A stretch of DNA of 64,000 nt, from the IMG/VR virus record IMGVR_UViG_2846797076_000002, positions 591 through 64,590 of that record; one strand, written 5' to 3'. This document shows positions 56,733-62,967 of the stretch, piece by piece. Position 1 is the stretch's first letter. Each line of letters starts with the position of its first letter. The translations under genes and the position numbers were made by a program. The notes beneath the pieces were generated by a model. The model was not told the DNA's origin. It ran no database searches and saw nothing but the letters and a program-made list of their open reading frames with translations. The DNA is from a virus. Lineage: Duplodnaviria > Caudoviricetes.

Positions 56733-57884
56733 TTAGGCGGCGTTCTCATATTCGATCCACGCCTCGACGGCGTCTTTGGCGCCCCTCAACGTAAGACCAG
56801 CCACAGCGCGCAGCTCCTTGATCGCGTCGATCTTGAGGCCCAGCGCTGCCATGTTCTGCCACTTGTGGTCATAGACCGGCGCGGCTTCTTCGTGCGTCGT
56901 GGTCAGCGTAAACACGCCGAACTGCTTGCCTTTGTATTTTGCCGCGAGGCGCTTGGCTTCCTTTTCAGCCGCGCCGGCAGACGTATGGACGTGCGGCGTT
57001 GAGGATGGCTTGGGCTGGCCGTTTTCGATGGGGGCGACGATGGCGATGGCGGTGGGTGATGTGATGTTCGCCAGTTCCAAATCTTGGGCGGGCCACCAGT
57101 AAGGATTTTCTTCCGACGGTCCAGACCATCCAGTATTATTTGGACCATCCTTGGTTTTTATCGTGAAGAAACTTCCGATGCTTTTATCAAGGTAGCTCTC
57201 GCGTGAGTTAGACACGATTTTCACTCGATCACCAACCTTGAACTTCGGCTGCGAGTTGTCGTTGCTCGGATTGGCCTTTGCTTCGGGCGCGTCGATCCAT
57301 TCGGCGACGATGTCGTTATCCTTCAGGCTCGTCTGGTCGCCTCGGTACGATGAGCGACCGTCATCCGACCAAACAGCGCTAGCATGATTGCTTCTGCTGC
57401 CGAACGTAGCGATGTTTCCAGAGACGAAGGCTGGCCCGACCTTCCGGCCATCGCGCGTCTTGTAGAACTTGCCTTCCTCGATCTTGATGGTGGCGGGCTG
57501 TTCTGGCGTTGCGGGGGCGAGGATCGGTTCGAGCTCATCAGCGCGCCAAACATAGCCACCCGCGTTGTCTCCACCCCATGTCTGCACACCGTTCCCTACC
57601 TTGTAGGCCTCTTTGATCACAGTGAACTCAAGACCAATGGCTGCGGACTTGTGTTGAAGTTCGGCCCGCGCGACCCGCACCCGCTCGCCGACGCGCGGCT
57701 GCCAGGGTTCGTAGTTCTCGATGAGACCAGCGTGACCATTGGTGAATACGATATCAGTTGTGAAGCCCTTTACGATGTCGGCGATTTGGCCAACAAAGCC
57801 AGCCCCGTGGCGTCCAGCGTTCGTTGTCAAAGACTCGCCGGTTGTTCTGCGCACAAAATCACCCTTCTTAAACTCACCCATCAC
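56733..57884 (-). CDS. Polyvalent protein: SH3/KOW-like repeats + C-terminal ribosomal bL12 (L7/L12)-like domain
   Basis: FKKGDFV, VGERVRV, FKVGDRVKI repeats; KIDAIKELRAVAGLTLRGAKDAVE. Confidence 0.75.
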   Translation of the reverse strand: MMGEFKKGDFVRRTTGESLTTNAGRHGAGFVGQIADIVKGFTTDIVFTNGHAGLIENYEPWQPRVGERVRVARAELQHKSAAIGLEFTVIKEAYKVGNGVQTWGGDNAGGYVWRADELEPILAPATPEQPATIKIEEGKFYKTRDGRKVGPAFVSGNIATFGSRSNHASAVWSDDGRSSYRGDQTSLKDNDIVAEWIDAPEAKANPSNDNSQPKFKVGDRVKIVSNSRESYLDKSIGSFFTIKTKDGPNNTGWSGPSEENPYWWPAQDLELANITSPTAIAIVAPIENGQPKPSSTPHVHTSAGAAEKEAKRLAAKYKGKQFGVFTLTTTHEEAAPVYDHKWQNMAALGLKIDAIKELRAVAGLTLRGAKDAVEAWIEYENAA

Positions 57885-58162
57885 GCTGCTCCTTCCGTGG
57901 TTGTCTCGGCGGTCATCGCGCGCCGTTGTGTAAAGTCGACCTTGACGACGTTCGTGTCGTTATCTTCTTTCGCGAGTGGCTGGCCTTCCTGATCGTGTTC
58001 GATCTCGATGCCGTGCCACCAGATCGTGGTCGCGCCGTCCGCGAGGCGCACGAGGTACTCACTGCCCCAGTTTCGGTCGCCGATAACGACGCCTGTCAGA
58101 TGCGGATTTTGCTTGTTGCGGACCTCGTCGCCGAAGTTGAAGAATTCGCAGTCGCAGGTCAT
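57881..58162 (-). CDS. SH3-like small protein
   Basis: FNFGDEVR; GGAGG SD. Confidence 0.6.
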   Translation of the reverse strand: MTCDCEFFNFGDEVRNKQNPHLTGVVIGDRNWGSEYLVRLADGATTIWWHGIEIEHDQEGQPLAKEDNDTNVVKVDFTQRRAMTAETTTEGAA

Positions 58163-58407
58163 TCGAGACCCTCCGGCTTGATCATCCGTGGATATGCAAA
58201 GGGATGAGCGCAATTGTCGTCAGGGATGATGATTACAAACATATCATCACCAAGAGTGCTGATACCTGGCATGCCGCCGTTCTCAGCAACGATGTGCTCG
58301 CGCTGGATAGTGAAAACGTCAGCCGTAGGAAAGAACCCGCGGCCTTCGTATTTCCACTTCCCGCTCTCCTTGAAATACAGGTACGTGCAGTCCTCTTGCC
58401 GGGTCAT
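58159..58407 (-). CDS. Hypothetical protein
   Basis: YFKESGKWKYEG; ATGA overlaps. Confidence 0.6.
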   Translation of the reverse strand: MTRQEDCTYLYFKESGKWKYEGRGFFPTADVFTIQREHIVAENGGMPGISTLGDDMFVIIIPDDNCAHPFAYPRMIKPEGLE

Positions 58408-58754
58408 GCTGTCACCCCACGCAGTGCGTAGTCGTTGACCGCCTGCCCGGCCTGCAAGTCAGCATCGTCGATGTTGTCATTTGCGGCGGTAAGAACGCGC
58501 GGCAGCGAAACCGGCATGAGGCCAGAAAGTGTGGAGCAGCCGCCGTTGTGCGGCGCCAAGTGCGTCGTGCGGTCTGTATTGTTGTCATTGGCTGGGATGA
58601 AGGCGCGCTGCTTGTGCAGGCCGTATGCGCGCCGCAGCCGCTGGTATGCGGCCATTGGCTTGACGTTGTGTCTGGCGGCAATATCTGCGACGCTCTCACC
58701 GTTTTCACGGCGCGCGTGCATATCCGCCAGCATAGTGCTGGTGATAAGCGTCAT
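58404..58754 (-). CDS. HTH-containing small protein with two ANDN motifs
   Basis: GESVADIAARHNV; first gene after promoter 58837. Confidence 0.65.
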   Translation of the reverse strand: MTLITSTMLADMHARRENGESVADIAARHNVKPMAAYQRLRRAYGLHKQRAFIPANDNNTDRTTHLAPHNGGCSTLSGLMPVSLPRVLTAANDNIDDADLQAGQAVNDYALRGVTA

Positions 58755-58757
58755 GTC

Positions 58758-58799
58758 GTCTCCTCTGAGTGGTGGCCGCCTCGTGGTTGACAAAGCGAC
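58758..58799 (-). repeat. Leader copy
   Basis: GUCGCUUUG-UCAACCA-CGAGGCGGC (G-U pairs only on mRNA strand)-CACCACUCAGAGGAGAC. Confidence 0.75.
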
Positions 58800-58808
58800 A
58801 GGGTTGTG

Positions 58809-58837
58809 AAACTAAACTATTTTTACAAATTTGTCAA
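58809..58837 (-). promoter_or_regulatory. Sigma70-type promoter with ACAAATTTGT operator
   Basis: TTGACA-17bp-TAGTTT. Confidence 0.8.
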
Positions 58838-58860
58838 GATTTCCTCCGGAGTTACAGGGT

Positions 58861-59463
58861 ATGCCTGAGATTAAATCGCGCCTCCTGCAGTCGATCTTGA
58901 AAGAGCAAAAGCGTAGAGCCGTAAAGGATCGCGCTGTGTACGAAGAGCTAGGCGTGCCTCAGCAGACCTACAGCACCTGGAAGGCTGGCGTCATCCCAAG
59001 ACCTAGGCAATTCCCGGCGATTGCCGCCTTCCTGGGTGTCTCCGAAGATGACGTGGCAGAGATGGCTCGCGAGGCGGCAGAAACCGCTCCTTCCATCACG
59101 CCTATTACGGTTGCCCGCACCTATGGCAAAATCTCCGACCGCAAGGCTGGCAAGTTCAAATTCGAGCCCATCAACGACGGCCGCAAACGCATTCCCGAAG
59201 GCCGTTACGCCATCGTCATCGACACGAAGGTGATGGAGCCCGTCTTCCACGTCGGCGTGAAAGCGTGGCTTGACCCTTCCCGCTGGCCAGCCGTTGGTGA
59301 CGACGTGCTCGCGCATTCGGGCGGATTCGCTTGGATCGGACGATTTGAAGGAATGAGCAACGGCGCTGTTCAGCTTAGCCGCTACGATGGATCGCAGCTT
59401 GAAGTGAAGAACGTGGAAGCTGTTCATGTCATCGTCCTTTCGGAGCGGGTGGCTACGGCGTAG
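58861..59463 (+). CDS. XRE-family HTH regulator with degenerate S24-like C-terminal domain
   Basis: ELGVPQQTYSTWKAG, IAAFLGVS; MEPVF..G...WLDP without a clear catalytic Ser/Lys. Confidence 0.75.
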   Translation: MPEIKSRLLQSILKEQKRRAVKDRAVYEELGVPQQTYSTWKAGVIPRPRQFPAIAAFLGVSEDDVAEMAREAAETAPSITPITVARTYGKISDRKAGKFKFEPINDGRKRIPEGRYAIVIDTKVMEPVFHVGVKAWLDPSRWPAVGDDVLAHSGGFAWIGRFEGMSNGAVQLSRYDGSQLEVKNVEAVHVIVLSERVATA

Positions 59464-59487
59464 CAGGTTGGTTGCCTGCATTGGCAC

Positions 59488-59516
59488 TTGACAATTCCTA
59501 CAAATTTGTGTAGGAA
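59488..59516 (+). promoter_or_regulatory. Sigma70-type promoter with ACAAATTTGT in spacer, driving predicted sRNA
   Basis: TTGACA-17bp-TAGGAA; palindrome 59500-59509. Confidence 0.65.
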
Positions 59517-59522
59517 ACTGAC

Positions 59523-59653
59523 TGTCCGATGTGGTGTCGGATATGGAACACGCGCTTTGATCCCGCCTTACGGCGAAGGTCTCCTCGGCGTGTTAGTACG
59601 GAGAAGGGGCGGAGTTACGGGTGGTGCCGGCTCATTACGCCCCTTTTCGTTTT
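59523..59653 (+). ncRNA. Predicted three-hairpin antisense sRNA complementary to the repeated leaders
   Basis: UGUCCGA-UGUGGUG-UCGGAUA; AACACGC...GGUCUCCUCG-GCGUGUU; GAGAAGGGGCG..CGG-GUGGUG-CCG..CGCCCCUUUUC + U tail; G-U pairs favour + strand. Confidence 0.65.
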
Positions 59654-59737
59654 ATGCTGCATGCACGACAACGCCGGCAGAGCTTCATGCTCCACCGGCG
59701 CTAAGTTTTGGAAGTCATTATTTGCGGTCTTTCTCAT
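59615..59737 (-). CDS. 40-aa hypothetical peptide
   Basis: GGGGAGAC SD, MRKTANNDFQN; 3' end antisense to the predicted sRNA. Confidence 0.45.
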   Translation of the reverse strand: MRKTANNDFQNLAPVEHEALPALSCMQHKTKRGVMSRHHP

Positions 59738-59793
59738 AGTCGTCTCCCCTTCTGGCATTATTGATTTTGTTATCGCCAGTTGGTTTCTGGCGC

Positions 59794-59919
59794 TTACGGC
59801 GGCCCGGTCACTGGCCGCCATCTTCTTCTGCGCTCGGGCGCCTCATGCACCCATCTTCTTCTCGCGGTCATCGCTTGGGTCGTTGACCGTCTTCTTTCGG
59901 AGTCTTTCATCACGCGCAT
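59794..59919 (-). CDS. 41-aa Arg-rich peptide (not in ORF track)
   Basis: MRVMKDSERRRSTTQAMTARRRWVHEAPERRRRWRPVTGPP; first plausible ORF after the leftward promoter. Confidence 0.3.
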   Translation of the reverse strand: MRVMKDSERRRSTTQAMTARRRWVHEAPERRRRWRPVTGPP

Positions 59920-59990
59920 TTCCCTTTCATTTGCAGTTTCGTCTTTCGGGTCTTTTGCCCTGCCGGCTTCTGTCTGGCCGCTGTTGATTC

Positions 59991-60034
59991 ACAAACTAAC
60001 ACAAACAAATTTTAGGTCAATAAGTTTGTTTGTG
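59991..60034 (-). promoter_or_regulatory. Leftward early promoter/operator region divergent from cI
   Basis: TTGACC-16bp-TAGTTT; inverted CACAAACAAA...TTTGTTTGTG. Confidence 0.65.
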
Positions 60035-60055
60035 CAAATGCGTTATTTTTGCTAA

Positions 60056-60871
60056 ATGATTGTGGAAACTAGGGATAAAGTGATGGAAACGGCCCTTACA
60101 CGCCTCCTCAACGAAAAACTTCGTGAAAAGTTTGACGGCAACGCCAGCGAGCTCGCTCGAGTCGTGGGGACCAGTCAGCAGAACATCAGCAACTGGTTGA
60201 ATGGGGATGTTATCAAACCTTCCTATTGGAAAGTGGCGGCGCGTGCTCTTGGTCTGCGAGAAATAGAACTCGACTCAATTATGCTGGCGGTTCGAAGGGA
60301 TGCAGGACCCGATCTCCCCGCGGAGGCATGGGTACGAGATCTGGGCTTTCGAAAAATGCCACACACTGAGGAGGAAGTCCCCGATTCCGATGATCGGATC
60401 CCTCTGCTGCGGCCCACTCGGCAGGCGCCAAACGCCACCGTTGCGCCCCGCCAACAGATTGTAACAACGAACAAAATGCTTCCCGTTCTTGGCATGGCCG
60501 TCGGGGGTGAGGATGGCCGTTACATATTCAATGGTAGTGTGATCGACTATGTTGTCTGCCCTCCGTCTTTAGAGAACGTAGCGGGAGCCTATGCGGTCTA
60601 TATTGATGGCGAGTCGATGTATCCTCGATTTAAGGCTGGCGAGACCGTGTGGGTCCACCCAGGTAAGCCAGCTCGTCGAGGCGACGACGTGATTGTGCAG
60701 CTCAAACCTATAGAAGACGACGGCTCTCCCCCTTGGGGCTACGTCAAAGAGTACGTCGGCAGGCAGGGCAACAACCTGGTTCTCCGGCAGTACAATCCAC
60801 CAATCGAGATCCAGTTTGACGTCAACGAGGTTCTGACGACTCACCCGATCGTACTGGCCGGAAAATACTAA
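60056..60871 (+). CDS. CI-like repressor (HTH + S24 autopeptidase)
   Basis: SELARVVGTSQQNISNW, AVGG, GESMYP, YVKEY. Confidence 0.9.
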   Translation: MIVETRDKVMETALTRLLNEKLREKFDGNASELARVVGTSQQNISNWLNGDVIKPSYWKVAARALGLREIELDSIMLAVRRDAGPDLPAEAWVRDLGFRKMPHTEEEVPDSDDRIPLLRPTRQAPNATVAPRQQIVTTNKMLPVLGMAVGGEDGRYIFNGSVIDYVVCPPSLENVAGAYAVYIDGESMYPRFKAGETVWVHPGKPARRGDDVIVQLKPIEDDGSPPWGYVKEYVGRQGNNLVLRQYNPPIEIQFDVNEVLTTHPIVLAGKY

Positions 60872-60872
60872 A

Positions 60873-60926
60873 AATCACAAATTTACAAACTTTGTGATTG
60901 ACGCTCAAAGTTTGTAGGTCTATATC
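60873..60926 (+). promoter_or_regulatory. Rightward promoter/operator
   Basis: AATCACAAA..TTTGTGATT inverted repeat, TTGACG-17bp-TATATC, ACAAA/TTTGT half-sites. Confidence 0.7.
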
Positions 60927-60931
60927 TCCTC

Positions 60932-60971
60932 TTGCAACCAGCAAACCCAGCTGGCCACCACAAGAGGAGAC
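60932..60971 (+). repeat. Leader copy on + strand
   Basis: UUGC-AACCA-GCAA..CCACCACAAGAGGAGAC. Confidence 0.75.
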
Positions 60972-60976
60972 TACCA

Positions 60977-61330
60977 ATGTACAGACCACGTCCTGAAGAG
61001 TTTGACGACGTCGCCGTTGCCGCCCAGTCCGATGAGCCTATGAAGCGCCCGGACCACAAGGCCAAGAAGCACGGCAAGCCCAAGACGAAATATGAGTACA
61101 TGCGCCGCTTCCCCAAGAAGACGCGTAACGGCGAGGAAGTCGGCGGCGGCCACTTCGTATTCCGCCGTGGCGACAGCACTGGACGCATTCGTCCCTGCAT
61201 GTGGCCCTTCGAGCACCCCTCCTATGATTCTGCGCTGGTCGAAGCCGCGCGCCTGCACTCTGAGTACGGCGGCACCTTTGAAGTCTTCGTTCGCGTCGGC
61301 AGCGTCGAGGCGCTTGAGGCCGGCGAATGA
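60977..61330 (+). CDS. Hypothetical basic protein
   Basis: Leader/SD; PFEHPSYDSALVEAARL. Confidence 0.7.
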   Translation: MYRPRPEEFDDVAVAAQSDEPMKRPDHKAKKHGKPKTKYEYMRRFPKKTRNGEEVGGGHFVFRRGDSTGRIRPCMWPFEHPSYDSALVEAARLHSEYGGTFEVFVRVGSVEALEAGE

Positions 61331-61467
61331 GCGCGGCAGCGTTGACGCGCAATAAGCTAAGCGTCCAGCAGATCATACTTTCCGAACACGCAGGGCTTCT
61401 GAAGGACATCGCCGGTTTTCTGGCGCTGTCGCTCTTCATCGCGGCTCTGCTCATCTGGGCTTACTGA
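61327..61467 (+). CDS. 46-aa membrane peptide
   Basis: ATGA overlap, C-terminal TM. Confidence 0.45.
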   Translation: MSAAALTRNKLSVQQIILSEHAGLLKDIAGFLALSLFIAALLIWAY

Positions 61468-61468
61468 G

Positions 61469-61759
61469 ATGTCGACCGCTGTTAAGCCGCCCTTCATGGG
61501 CGAAGCGATGCAGGAGTTCGTCTTCTGCATCGAGAAGTACGGCGAATACACTTTCGACAACGACCATCGCGCTCGTCTGATTGCCGAAAGCAAATCATTT
61601 GAAGAGTTGCGCGCCCTTCTCTCAGCTTTCGAAAACCTGGTCGATGGCGAGGCTAAGGAAGAGACGTTGGACGATCTCGCTCGCCACCTTGGCACTCCAG
61701 TACCTCGGCTAGATCGCATGATGCGCTGGCCGTGGGACGAAGAATTCGAGCCAAACTGA
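61469..61759 (+). CDS. Hypothetical protein
   Basis: ORF track, operon position. Confidence 0.55.
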   Translation: MSTAVKPPFMGEAMQEFVFCIEKYGEYTFDNDHRARLIAESKSFEELRALLSAFENLVDGEAKEETLDDLARHLGTPVPRLDRMMRWPWDEEFEPN

Positions 61760-61761
61760 AA

Positions 61762-61793
61762 CACCACCCACCACCACACCACATCGAGGAGAC
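61762..61793 (+). repeat. Leader copy on + strand with tandem CACCAC
   Basis: CACCACCCACCACCACACCACAUCGAGGAGAC. Confidence 0.8.
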
Positions 61794-61797
61794 AATC

Positions 61798-62010
61798 ATG
61801 TCCAGAAGACGCGACACCACCTACACCCCTGCCCCGTATGCCGGCGACGGTCTTGAAGTCGTAGCCAACCTTTCATCCGGAACCGCACCGACGGCCGTTC
61901 TCATCGCAGTCGCCAAATGGCATGAGCGCAAAAAGGACGGCCGCAACCGCGTCATCGCCTCCAAGCTGCGTGAACTCGTCGCGGCGAATGACAATCGAAG
62001 GAGAGGATGA
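61798..62010 (+). CDS. Hypothetical protein ending AANDNRRRG
   Basis: Leader/SD. Confidence 0.65.
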   Translation: MSRRRDTTYTPAPYAGDGLEVVANLSSGTAPTAVLIAVAKWHERKKDGRNRVIASKLRELVAANDNRRRG

Positions 62011-62534
62011 TGGGCGTGGAGGAAACTGGTAATGCGGGCTTTGAGCCCGCCCTGTCCGCTGTGGAGCCGGTGAAGGTGCTGCATGAAAACGACACTGTTT
62101 GGGCGCGCTTCTATCGCGACGGTAAAAACCTAGGAGAGATTTGCGCCGAGTTTAATTGTGGCGTCTATGACTTGTCTCCATGGCTTACTGCGCCATTGAT
62201 GCGCTCGGCCCCCGCGCAATCCGTGGCCGTGAAGGCTTTGCAGGATCATGTGCTGGCGGATTTCACGCACCTGACAGAGCACCAATCCCTGTCAGGCCCA
62301 TATCTCGTCAAGCGCATCAAAGAGCGCTTCGCATCGTTCGCCCTCTCCGCACAGGTGCAGGACGGGGCGGGGTGGCAGCGTCTTGATAACGCGTTTTCCA
62401 ATTTCATCAACGGTTACGGCGATCCCTACGAGCCGAAGGAAGCGCATGAAGCCGAAACAGCGCGAAACCTGAAAGAGCTTTACGACGCATTCCAAGCTTA
62501 CCGAGCCACAGCACCCGCAAAGCAGGAGGGCTGA
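62007..62534 (+). CDS. Hypothetical protein
   Basis: ATGA overlap; ALSAQVQD. Confidence 0.6.
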   Translation: MMGVEETGNAGFEPALSAVEPVKVLHENDTVWARFYRDGKNLGEICAEFNCGVYDLSPWLTAPLMRSAPAQSVAVKALQDHVLADFTHLTEHQSLSGPYLVKRIKERFASFALSAQVQDGAGWQRLDNAFSNFINGYGDPYEPKEAHEAETARNLKELYDAFQAYRATAPAKQEG

Positions 62535-62697
62535 GACGTGAGCGACGACTTGACACCAGAGATGATCGATACGGCGGAAGCAAACATCCGGGGTGATCAT
62601 CGGTCTGGAAAGATATCGACAGAGCAGTTTCATAAGGAAATGCTGATTGTCGCAAGGGCGAGGCGATATGCGCTTGCTGAATCGCGGGAGGCCAGCC

Positions 62698-62967
62698 ATG
62701 TCACCAGCCAATGACAACACCCCTCGCCTCATGGGTAGAAGAGAAGCCGCCGCCTATCTCGGCATAGGGCAGTCAACATTCTCGCTGTGGGTATCGACCC
62801 ACAAGATGCCGGCAGCTATTGCCGGCACTCGCAAGTGGGACAAGCGAGCGATTGACGCTAAACTCGATGAGATAAGCGGCCTCCTGCCGGCGAACGACAA
62901 TACCGAGGATGAATTCGAACGATGGGAGCGCGAGCAGAATGCGCGAAAAGCTCAAGGGTCTAGCTAG
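62698..62967 (+). CDS. xis: Excisionase-like HTH protein
   Basis: PRLMGRREAAAYLGIG, RKWDKRAID; overlaps int; two ANDN. Confidence 0.8.
   Translation: MSPANDNTPRLMGRREAAAYLGIGQSTFSLWVSTHKMPAAIAGTRKWDKRAIDAKLDEISGLLPANDNTEDEFERWEREQNARKAQGSS

Noticed and set aside
24164-58162. All C-terminal Ala-Ala endings as ClpX degrons
   Set aside because: Some may arise from GCATGA/GCGTGA stop-start overlaps, and they also occur on structural-module proteins (portal, Ig-like, chaperone); counted only as support when ANDN is present
59523-59653. tRNA or tmRNA fragment
   Set aside because: No cloverleaf, TTCGA T-loop or 3' CCA; no tRNA or att-like duplication recognised anywhere in the window
60359-60375. 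CCACACACTGAGGAGGA inside cI resembling a leader
   Set aside because: No CACCAC, hairpin or properly spaced start codon; explained by codons PHTEEE
2905-61793. CACCAC/hairpin repeats as CRISPR array, REP elements or Chi-like sites
   Set aside because: Not tandem with spacers, stems differ between copies, and orientation follows the coding strand and start codons rather than a replichore
1-62967. ANDN as a DNA-level repeat or recombination site
   Set aside because: Synonymous positions vary and the motif is in frame in the copies checked, indicating peptide-level selection
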